From contig JBEKSS010000002.1 of the NCBI GenBank assembly GCA_049516875.1, forward strand, positions 96,001 through 160,000: DNA of 64,000 bases. Direction: 5' to 3'. The notes under the pieces were generated by a model. The model ran no database searches. It saw only the letters and a list, made by a program, of their open reading frames with translations, and was not told the DNA's origin. Source of the DNA: Candidatus Bathyarchaeia archaeon (lineage in GTDB: Archaea > Thermoproteota > Bathyarchaeia > Bathyarchaeales > Bathycorpusculaceae). Positions 39,806-48,288 of the stretch are shown here, piece by piece; within the stretch, counting starts at the first letter, position 1, and each line of letters opens with the position of its first letter. The translations under genes were made by a program, and so were the position numbers.

Positions 39806-40357
39806 CTACTTGCAGAGTTTCACCGTTCTTTTGTACGTTTCCATGGTCTGAGTTATGGTTCCTGCTGTCTCTTTGGCGTTTTTCCATTCTTTGAACTTCA
39901 CCCACTTGTGCGGTTCCAACCTTTTGTAGGTCTCGAAAAACTCCTGGATCTCCCTGAGCATGTGTGGATGTACATCGGTGATGTCGTGGTAACCGTCATA
40001 TCTCGCGTCACTCACTGGCACTGAGAGCACTTTGACATCTTCGCCTTTTTCGTCTTCAACCACCAACGCTCCTATCATCCTGACCTTGACTATGCAACCC
40101 ACTTCAAGCGGTTGGTAACTCAGAACCATTAGGTCCAGCGGGTCGTCATCTGCGGCCCATGTTTGCGGGACAAAACCATACTCAACAGGAAAAACAACCG
40201 ATGATGGTATCACACGGTCTAGGACGAACGCTTCCCATTCGGAGCGATATTCGTACTTGTCCCTTGAACCGCTCTTGATTTCAATGACCATGTTTAACAA
40301 CACGGGCGGCTTGTCGCCCACAGGAATATCCTTCCAAAGATTCATGCACATCAACAA
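39806..40357 (-). CDS. ppa: Inorganic pyrophosphatase
   Basis: IEIKSGSRDKYEY, YGFVPQT..DDDPLD, FFETYK. Confidence 0.95.
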   Translation of the reverse strand: MLMCMNLWKDIPVGDKPPVLLNMVIEIKSGSRDKYEYRSEWEAFVLDRVIPSSVVFPVEYGFVPQTWAADDDPLDLMVLSYQPLEVGCIVKVRMIGALVVEDEKGEDVKVLSVPVSDARYDGYHDITDVHPHMLREIQEFFETYKRLEPHKWVKFKEWKNAKETAGTITQTMETYKRTVKLCK

Positions 40358-40480
40358 CCAGAGGCAAAAGCTGAACTGGCTAATTTATATTTCCTCAAGG
40401 CCATGGTTTGTATCTAGTTTTCTTGAAACAGACGATGTCATGGTGTTTCTGACGATCTTTGCGCATAAGCGTCTGTTCTT

Positions 40481-40624
40481 CTACTTGACGAACTTTGCTG
40501 GGTGTCTTTTGAATCTCTTTTTGCAGGCTAAGCTGCAAAAGTGATAGGTTTCTCCATCATGGGTGATCTTGAACTTGGCCGTCTTGTCATCCATAATTGC
40601 GCCGCAAACAGGATCTTTGGGCAT
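40481..40624 (-). CDS. YHS/TRASH domain protein, 47 aa (absent from ORF track)
   Basis: MPKDPVCGAIMD..GETYHFCSLACKKRFKRHPAKF. Confidence 0.88.
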   Translation of the reverse strand: MPKDPVCGAIMDDKTAKFKITHDGETYHFCSLACKKRFKRHPAKFVK

Positions 40625-40732
40625 TTTACTTTTCTTAACCTCAAGTGGGTAGAATGTTTATTCTGCCTATTATGAATAGTGGTAAAAAAAAAGAAGGTTT
40701 TTGAACCTACGTAAAGACGTTAGCTTGTAAGC

Positions 40733-40870
40733 TTAATATCTTCTCGGGGGTCTTCGCTTCGAATAACATTCTCGGCAGTATACTGGCCTGCTTCCGTCGG
40801 GTTTGAAGGGAACTTCGCATTCCTTTCCGCAATCAGCGCAGACTGCCTTGTGCGTCTCTTTCTCATACAT
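40733..40870 (-). CDS. CxxC-x17-CxxC zinc-binding protein
   Basis: HKAVCADCGKECEVPFKPDGSRPVYCREC. Confidence 0.9.
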   Translation of the reverse strand: MYEKETHKAVCADCGKECEVPFKPDGSRPVYCRECYSKRRPPRRY

Positions 40871-41082
40871 TAACTCTCTCAACTCCTTATATTGGCTGTG
40901 CAGAAAACTGTTTCTTACACGCTGCATCTACCCTTGACGCTCACACTTATAAACAATGTGCTTGAGATCCCGCAAATTCATGCAGAAACCATGATACATC
41001 ACATTCATCACGCTGCGGTCTTTTCGTTACTAAACCCTAGAAATGAAGAAAGAAAAAAGAGGAAATGCGAAAGACTCAGCCA

Positions 41083-41883
41083 CTAGCTTGAGCTCACTTT
41101 AAAATACTCCGCCAATTTTTTGGTTTCCGTTCGGTGAAGTATTTCTGCACATTTTCTGGGGTCCAAGTGTTTGTATTCCAAACCAAGCGTTACTAGCAGT
41201 CTTTGAACTTCTTTTGCAATGTTCGGGGACGCGAGTATACCTCTCACGTCACGATCAGCTTTGCTCTTGATAGCTTCAATATATTTGGCAAGTTGAAGCA
41301 CAGCGTCTTTTCCTGCCGTTTTCCGTTTGATCTCTACGACAACAAGTTTTCCGTCTTTGTCAGTACCATACACGTCAATGAAGCCTGGTTCGACCTTTTT
41401 TTCCCAGCTTATGAGTTTTAGTCCTTCCTCCAAGAGATCAGGTTTAAACAAGATGGCTTTCTGCATATCTTCTTCGCTTGCGTAGAGCGAGAATTCTGCC
41501 TCGTCCTCAAGACTTAGCGCCATGATAAGCTGGATTTTGTCGAAGGAAACTTTGACGGACTCTGACGGTTTTTGCCTTTGGGCACGGATGTCTAATACGT
41601 GTTCTTTGCTTTGAACGTGGAAGATGACGTTGCCTCCAGGCATCCAGTTGACTGGTTCGTAGCCCATTGAACGGTGAACGAGGAAGGAACCATCAGCCTT
41701 CACTAATAGGATGCGTTCGCCAGACTCGAGTTTAGACTTTGCTCTGCCCGCGTAGTCGACGGAGCATTTGCCTATGACAAGCAGTGTTCTGTGATGAGAA
41801 ATGGCCTCTCTTGCTACGTTTTCAGCTTCTGAACTGTTCGGCTCGATCACCACGGTTAGAGGTCTAAGACTCGACAATGCCAT
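41083..41883 (-). CDS. nucS: Endonuclease NucS/EndoMS
   Basis: CSVDYAGRAKS..KADGSFLVH..EPVNW, GFIDVYG..VEIKR..QLAKY. Confidence 0.93.
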   Translation of the reverse strand: MALSSLRPLTVVIEPNSSEAENVAREAISHHRTLLVIGKCSVDYAGRAKSKLESGERILLVKADGSFLVHRSMGYEPVNWMPGGNVIFHVQSKEHVLDIRAQRQKPSESVKVSFDKIQLIMALSLEDEAEFSLYASEEDMQKAILFKPDLLEEGLKLISWEKKVEPGFIDVYGTDKDGKLVVVEIKRKTAGKDAVLQLAKYIEAIKSKADRDVRGILASPNIAKEVQRLLVTLGLEYKHLDPRKCAEILHRTETKKLAEYFKVSSS

Positions 41884-41937
41884 TTCGCCAATAGTTTTAG
41901 AAGACTTGTCTGTACATAAGATTTCTGAAGGCCTGTA

Positions 41938-42498
41938 ATGAGCGTTTGGGACAAAAAGCGCGATGTAATGCGGCGTTATGACGTAACCGCGCAAATCTAC
42001 GACATGCGATACGCCGAGGAACAAACTGTAAAGATTGAGGCAGCTCTGAAACACGTGAAAGTCAAGGCTTGCATGATCTTGGATGCGGGCTGTGGAACTG
42101 GCATCCTGTTCAACTACGTTGCCGACATGGCACAGATGACACTCGGATTGGATGTTTCCAAGAAAACTCTACTTAAGGCAAAAGAACAGTCGAAGAATCA
42201 TGCAAGTGTGGATTTGGTTTGTGCTGATGTCGACAACATGCCTCTGAAGGACAGGGTTTTCGACAGGGTCTTTGCAATGACTCTCATCCAGAACACCCCC
42301 GTCCCGGCTGAAACGTTGAACGAAATCAGACGTGTAGCGGCGGACAACGCTCTAATCGTTGTCACAGGCTTGAAGAAGATCTTCGCTAGAAGCGTTTTTC
42401 GACAGTTGCTAAAGAATGCGGGCTTAAACAACGTAGCAATGGAGGACGAAGGCCTAAAGTGTTACGTGGCAGTTTGCTCCAAAGCACGGCGTGCTTGA
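41938..42498 (+). CDS. Class I SAM-dependent methyltransferase
   Basis: ILDAGCGTG, GLDVS. Confidence 0.85.
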   Translation: MSVWDKKRDVMRRYDVTAQIYDMRYAEEQTVKIEAALKHVKVKACMILDAGCGTGILFNYVADMAQMTLGLDVSKKTLLKAKEQSKNHASVDLVCADVDNMPLKDRVFDRVFAMTLIQNTPVPAETLNEIRRVAADNALIVVTGLKKIFARSVFRQLLKNAGLNNVAMEDEGLKCYVAVCSKARRA

Positions 42499-42752
42499 TT
42501 TTCTGACTGTGAGTTTTCATTTCAGTCAAATCTTGGTTTTTTTCCTTTTTTACACGTAGAATTTCATCCGTGGGATTCTGCGACGCGTATGTAAGATCCT
42601 TTGCAAATGGCAAGTAATGTTTATATTAAGAACTCGACCTCACAAGCCTATTCCAGAAGGAAGGATTACTCGTTAATGATGCCCACCGACTCTGGATCTA
42701 TGATATTCCGCAGGATTTCCGTGTTCATGGAGATTGGAGGGCGTGTTGACTG

Positions 42753-43694
42753 ATGCCGTTGCAAACCTTGAAAAAAGACACGGCGCAGGAACTTTCATTG
42801 GAGTGGGTTCTGCATATTAAGAATTATAAGCTTAACCTTGACAAGAATAGGTGCGCGGGTTGCCAAATCTGCAGTCTAGCCTGCCCAAAAGAAGCAATCA
42901 GAATCGAAAAACAATCCAAAGCTCATGGAGAAAAAGCCCAAAAAGCCAAAGTGGATATTGACCTATCAAAGTGCAACTTTTGCGGTATATGTGACATACT
43001 GTGCCCCTACGGGGCGATCAGCGTTACTGTAGACGGGAAACATCTCCTCTCGGTTCTGGACAAGGAAAGCTTCCCTCAAATGGTCCGAGACATCAAAGCT
43101 GCCGCGAGCAAGTTTCCCATGGATCACGACAGGAGCGAAGATGTTTGCCCGATGGAACTGATTAAAGTGCACTTTTCGACAGCCGACGGAAAACCAGTGG
43201 AAGATCCTGGTTCTCTAAACGAGTCTGAACGGCGTGCGCTCAAGGTTGACGTTGAAGTTGACAAAGAGCACTGTCCATGCTGCGGGATATGCGAAGCAAA
43301 GCTTCCACAAGGCGCAATGCACGTGCGAAAGCTGCTTTCAGGAAAGCTTGCCATCAAATCTGAAAAATGTCCACCGGAATGTACAGACTGTCTGGATGTT
43401 TGTCCAATTAATGGCGTGCTCTACCTTTCCGACGATGACAAGAAAGTGCATGCAAACGAAATGTTCTGCGTCTACTGCGGAGCATGCAAGGTCGTTTGTC
43501 CAGTTGATGAAGCCCTTGATTTCAAGCGAACTCGCGTTAACCATACACCTGTCCGTTCAGGAGCGTGGAACAAGGCTCTTGAACGGCTGACCTCGCCAAC
43601 TGACTTGACCAAGGAACTGAAAGCCAAAGGCTCTCTGAAGACAAGAGAATCCGTGAAGAAGAGGATGGGTTTGAAGGGTGAAAAGCATGCCTAG
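42753..43694 (+). CDS. Polyferredoxin, FwdF-like
   Basis: Multiple CxxCxxCxxxCP motifs. Confidence 0.85.
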   Translation: MPLQTLKKDTAQELSLEWVLHIKNYKLNLDKNRCAGCQICSLACPKEAIRIEKQSKAHGEKAQKAKVDIDLSKCNFCGICDILCPYGAISVTVDGKHLLSVLDKESFPQMVRDIKAAASKFPMDHDRSEDVCPMELIKVHFSTADGKPVEDPGSLNESERRALKVDVEVDKEHCPCCGICEAKLPQGAMHVRKLLSGKLAIKSEKCPPECTDCLDVCPINGVLYLSDDDKKVHANEMFCVYCGACKVVCPVDEALDFKRTRVNHTPVRSGAWNKALERLTSPTDLTKELKAKGSLKTRESVKKRMGLKGEKHA

Positions 43695-45741
43695 AGGAAC
43701 TAGGAAGAACGTTGGTACCCCTCGGAAAGAAAGAAAACCTGGACAGAAGAAAGCTGGACCCAAGGCTGAAGGGCCTAGAATCGGAGTCTTTGTCTGTCAG
43801 TGCGGTTCAAACATAGCTTCGATAGTAGACGTTGATGCTTTAACAAAGTATGCCCAGACTTTGCCCAATGTGGTGTATGCAGAGAACATGAATTATCCTT
43901 GTAGCCGTCAAGGTCAGGACGAGATAATAGTCGCTATAAAGAAAAACAAGCTAGATCGTGTGGTTGTCGCTGGCTGTTCACCGAGGCTTTACGAACCGAC
44001 TTTTCAAAGCTGCGTGTCTAGAGCAGAGCTTAATCCATGGCTTTTTGAGATGGCAAACATCCGAGAATTCGCATCCTACTGCCACCAAACCACGCCGGAA
44101 GAGGCAACCGAAAAAGCAAAAGACACAGTCAGGATGGCTGTTGCCAAAGCAAGGCTTCTCCAAGCACTAAAGCCGATAGAATTGCCTGTGACGAAGAAGG
44201 TTATGGTTATCGGCGGAGGAATCGCGGGAATCAACGCTGCCCTAGACTTGGCTGACATGGGTTTCAAAGTCTACATGGTTGAAAAGACCGAAACAATAGG
44301 CGGCTACATGGCACTGCTGGACAAGACGTTTCCAACGCTTGACTGCAGCATATGCATCGAAGGTCCAAAAATGGTTGACGTAGGCAGGCATCCCAACATT
44401 GAAATAATCTCCTATGCCGATGTTTTGAAGGTCGACGGGTACGTTGGCAACTTCAAGGTGAAAATCCGGAAAAACCCCCGCTACGTCATAGCTGCAAGCT
44501 GCACTGGCTGCGGTGAGTGTAGAGACGCGTGCCCTATAGAATATCCGAACTACGCAGACATGTATCTTGGCGTGAGAAAGGCGATATCGATTCCGTTCGA
44601 TCAGGCTGTTCCGCTCACCCACACGATTAACCGCGACTACTGCATTGAATGCTACAAGTGTGTTGACGCCTGCGGGGCTCGTGAGGCAATAAACTTTGAC
44701 CAGAAGCCTGAAGAGATTGAGGTTAACGTAGGGGCAATAGTCGTCACGATTGGCTACGGCATGTATGATCCTAAGGATTTGGCGTGGACTGGCTACGGCA
44801 GGTTCTCCAATGTTTTCACAGCACTTGAGTTCGAGAGGCTCATACTTGCAGCAGGTCCAACTGGAGGGAAAGTAATTCGGGCTTCAGACGGGCAGAAGCC
44901 TCATTCCGTAGCGTTCATCCAATGCGTAGGCTCCCGTGACATCAACAAGTTCGAGTACTGCTCAAGCTTCTGCTGCATGTACACTCTGAAGCATGCAGTC
45001 ATGCTTAAAGAGAAGTACAGGGAAGCCATCGAGGTTTACGTGTTCTACAACGATATGAGAAGCAACTTCAAGGGCTACGAGGAGTTCTTCAACAGGGCCC
45101 AGAAATCCGGAGTCAAATTCGTCAGAGTCAAGCTTGAAAACCGAAGGATAACTGAGGACCCGCAGACCAAAAATCTCACAGTTTTCGGTGAAAACGAAGA
45201 CGGCAAGCCGGTCTCTGCAGAGGCAGAAATGGTTGTCCTTGCAAATGCAGCCATTCCATCACAGGCAGCTTCTGAACTGGCAAAAATCCTCAACATACCC
45301 TTGGGCAAGGACGGATTCTTCGTTGAATGTCAGCCCAAGATCAGACCAACCGACACTGAAGTACCCGGGATTTTCTTGGCAGGTGCATGTCAAGGCCTGA
45401 AGGACATTCCTTACAGTGTTGCTCAAGGAAGCGCTGCTGCGGCTCAAGCCGCCTGTGTTCTGAGCAAGGACTCGTGGACGGTTGAGCCACTGGTTGCGAA
45501 GGTGAATGAGGAGCTGTGCAGCGGCTGCAGGGTATGTGAATCAGCTTGTGGCTATCACGCGATTAATGTTGAAAAAGTCGGGGACAAGTCCGTAGCCAAA
45601 GTTGTTGAAGGCTTGTGCCGGGGCTGTGGAATCTGCAGTTCTGCTTGTCCAATGGACGCTGTGACGATGCCGAACTATTCGGATATCCAGATTGTGGCCC
45701 AAATTCAGGCTGTCATGGAAAGGAAGTTGAAGAAGACATGA
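43678..45741 (+). CDS. hdrA: Heterodisulfide reductase subunit A
   Basis: RIGVFVCQCGSNI, ANIRE, IGGGIAG, DKTFPTLDCSIC, FIQCVGSRD, GPKDIP-like GLKDIP. Confidence 0.93.
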   Translation: MKSMPRGTRKNVGTPRKERKPGQKKAGPKAEGPRIGVFVCQCGSNIASIVDVDALTKYAQTLPNVVYAENMNYPCSRQGQDEIIVAIKKNKLDRVVVAGCSPRLYEPTFQSCVSRAELNPWLFEMANIREFASYCHQTTPEEATEKAKDTVRMAVAKARLLQALKPIELPVTKKVMVIGGGIAGINAALDLADMGFKVYMVEKTETIGGYMALLDKTFPTLDCSICIEGPKMVDVGRHPNIEIISYADVLKVDGYVGNFKVKIRKNPRYVIAASCTGCGECRDACPIEYPNYADMYLGVRKAISIPFDQAVPLTHTINRDYCIECYKCVDACGAREAINFDQKPEEIEVNVGAIVVTIGYGMYDPKDLAWTGYGRFSNVFTALEFERLILAAGPTGGKVIRASDGQKPHSVAFIQCVGSRDINKFEYCSSFCCMYTLKHAVMLKEKYREAIEVYVFYNDMRSNFKGYEEFFNRAQKSGVKFVRVKLENRRITEDPQTKNLTVFGENEDGKPVSAEAEMVVLANAAIPSQAASELAKILNIPLGKDGFFVECQPKIRPTDTEVPGIFLAGACQGLKDIPYSVAQGSAAAAQAACVLSKDSWTVEPLVAKVNEELCSGCRVCESACGYHAINVEKVGDKSVAKVVEGLCRGCGICSSACPMDAVTMPNYSDIQIVAQIQAVMERKLKKT

Positions 45742-48242
45742 GTGAGCAGTCTGGTCCAACTCCCCCGGCAAAAGCAGAGGAACCACGCGTAGGCGTCTTC
45801 GTGTGTTACTGTGGTCTCAACATTGCTGGCACCGTGGATGTCGAGGAAGTGGCCGAGTACGCGCGCAAACTGCCAAATGTGGTCTACGTTAAGACAAACC
45901 GTTACACCTGTGCCGATCCAGGTCAGGAAGAAATCAGAAAGGGCATAAGAGATCACAAGCTGAACCGTGTCGTGGTTGCCGCATGCTCACCTAGGATGCA
46001 TGAACCCACCTTCCGCAGGACCGTGTCAGAAGCCGGACTAAACCCTTTCGTCTATGAAATGGCCAACATCCGCGAGTTTTCTTCCTGGTGCCATCAGAGT
46101 ACGCCAAAAGAGGCAACCGAGAAAGCTAAAGAACTCGTGAAGATGGCTGTCGCGAAAGTGAAGCTTCTTGAACCGCTGGACGTCATCGAGGTTCCAGTAA
46201 CCAACAGGGCGCTAGTCGCAGGTGCAGGCGTTGCCGGCGCAAGTGCTGCTCTTGACCTTGCAGAAATGGGTTATCAAGTCTACCTAGTTGACCGAGCTGA
46301 AATAATGGGCGGTCACATGGCTCAGCTCGGCAGGAGCTTTCCAGTCTTCGAATGTTCAAATTGTCCGCAGCAGATTCACTGTCCAAGGTTCTCATGCGTT
46401 GCCACAAGAATTGGGGCCGTAGCTGTTCATCCAAGAATCAAACTGCTTGCGTACACGGATGTGAAACACGTCGAAGGCGTCATAGGAAGCTACAAAGTGA
46501 CGATTGCGAGGAGGCCGCGGTTCGTTGACGAAAACAAGTGCATAAGCTGCGGAAAGTGTTCTGAGGTCTGTCCGGTTGACGCGCTGAACAAGTTTGACGC
46601 CGGAATGAGGAAACGCAAAGCCATCTACTTGCCATTCCCGTATGCTACACCCAACACTTACACGATTGACAAAGACACATGCCTGTACTTTAAGGACGGG
46701 AGCTGCAAGAAATGTCAGGAAATCTGTCCAGTAGAGGCTGTGGATTTTAAGCAAGAACCCTCAGAAGAGAAGCTTGAAGTTGGCTGCATGGTGGTGGCAA
46801 CAGGATATGACATCTATGAGCCATACGATCTGCCAAACTATGCCTTCGGCAAACACAAGGACGTTGTAACAGCCCTGCAGCTTGAAAGAATCATAGACAC
46901 GAACACCCAGATTATTGGAGAGCTTCAGAAACCTTCAGACGGCAGAATGCCTGAGAGCATGACATACATACAATGCGTCGGTTCCAGAGACGTGAACAAG
47001 TTCGAGTATTGCTCAGGCTTCTGTTGCATGCTCACACTTAAAAGCGCCGTCTTCCTCAAAGAAAAATACGGCGACAAACTGAAAATCAACGTGTTATACA
47101 CGGACATGCGTGCCAACAGCAAAGGGTACGAGGAACTGTTCAGGAAAGCTCAGCAGTTAGGCATCAACTTCGTTCGCGTCAAACTGACAAACAGGAATGT
47201 GAGTGAAAATCCAGAAACGAAGAAACTCCTAGTTCATGCTGAACAAGAAGACGGTGCACCCGTCGAAGTCGAAAGCGATATGGTCGTGTTGGCAACAGCC
47301 GCAGTACCAAGTCAAGGCTCGGAAGAAGTTGCAAGAGTCTTCAACATCAGCCGCGGCAGTGACGGGTTCTTCATGGAAAGTCATCCAAAGCTGAAGCCAA
47401 TAGACACACCATCAGACGGTGTCTTCGTCGCAGGAGGATGCCAAGGACCAAAAGATGTTCCTTACAGCGTTTCTCAAGGCATGGGAACAGCCGCAAGAGC
47501 AGCAACAATCCTTTCCAAACCAACTTACAAAATCCAGCCTATCGTCGCATTGGTCGACCCGGCAAAATGCCGCAACACTAAAGTGAAATGCGGCCTCTGC
47601 GCTAAGGCCTGCCCCTACGGCGCTATCAGAGCACCCGAAGGCCAAGTTGCACAGACGATGAGCGCAATGTGTCACGGCTGCGGTACATGCGTCGCCGAAT
47701 GCCCAGCAGACGCAATAACTCAAAAACACTTCACGGACGCACAGATAGTGTCCCAAATAAGAGCCGCACTGGAAACAAACCCAGAGGGCAAGATACTGGC
47801 GTTCCTGTGCAATTGGTGTAGCTACGCTGGCGCGGACCTCGCGGGTACAAGTCGATTTGAATATCCTCCTGTGATAAGGCCTATCAGGGTCATGTGTTCG
47901 GGAAGAGTTGACCGTGACTTCATTCTCGAAGCTTTCAGGCTTGGCGCAGGCATGGTAATGGTCGGTGCCTGCCATCTTCCGTACGACTGCCACTACATCA
48001 GTGGAAACTACAAGATGAAGGCTAGAATGGACGCACTTGCGCCGATGCTGCAGAAACTCGGCATGAGTCCGGAAAGATTGCGTGTGGAATATGTCTCTGC
48101 GGCCGAAGGCATCAAATTCGCAGAAGTTGTAAAGGAAATAACGGCGCAGATGCAAACGCTGGGCAAGGAGAAGATAGAGGCAGAAAACGCCAAGATGCGG
48201 CCATTCTTGGAGAACATGCTGAAAAGGAAGGAACAAAAATAG
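45738..48242 (+). CDS. hdrA: HdrA-MvhD fusion
   Basis: Complete HdrA followed by FLCNWCSYAGADLAG..IRVMCSGRVD..GACHLPYDCHYISGN (MvhD). Confidence 0.92.
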   Translation: MSEQSGPTPPAKAEEPRVGVFVCYCGLNIAGTVDVEEVAEYARKLPNVVYVKTNRYTCADPGQEEIRKGIRDHKLNRVVVAACSPRMHEPTFRRTVSEAGLNPFVYEMANIREFSSWCHQSTPKEATEKAKELVKMAVAKVKLLEPLDVIEVPVTNRALVAGAGVAGASAALDLAEMGYQVYLVDRAEIMGGHMAQLGRSFPVFECSNCPQQIHCPRFSCVATRIGAVAVHPRIKLLAYTDVKHVEGVIGSYKVTIARRPRFVDENKCISCGKCSEVCPVDALNKFDAGMRKRKAIYLPFPYATPNTYTIDKDTCLYFKDGSCKKCQEICPVEAVDFKQEPSEEKLEVGCMVVATGYDIYEPYDLPNYAFGKHKDVVTALQLERIIDTNTQIIGELQKPSDGRMPESMTYIQCVGSRDVNKFEYCSGFCCMLTLKSAVFLKEKYGDKLKINVLYTDMRANSKGYEELFRKAQQLGINFVRVKLTNRNVSENPETKKLLVHAEQEDGAPVEVESDMVVLATAAVPSQGSEEVARVFNISRGSDGFFMESHPKLKPIDTPSDGVFVAGGCQGPKDVPYSVSQGMGTAARAATILSKPTYKIQPIVALVDPAKCRNTKVKCGLCAKACPYGAIRAPEGQVAQTMSAMCHGCGTCVAECPADAITQKHFTDAQIVSQIRAALETNPEGKILAFLCNWCSYAGADLAGTSRFEYPPVIRPIRVMCSGRVDRDFILEAFRLGAGMVMVGACHLPYDCHYISGNYKMKARMDALAPMLQKLGMSPERLRVEYVSAAEGIKFAEVVKEITAQMQTLGKEKIEAENAKMRPFLENMLKRKEQK

Positions 48243-48288
48243 TCTCTGGTCACTCTAGGATGCCTGCATCGACTTAGCTCGTTCTTTG

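Noticed and set aside
47412-48236. Long antisense ORFs (also 52994-53803, 58747-59319, 30235-30750, 34457-34966)
   Set aside because: They shadow well-supported genes on the opposite strand and have no recognisable motifs.
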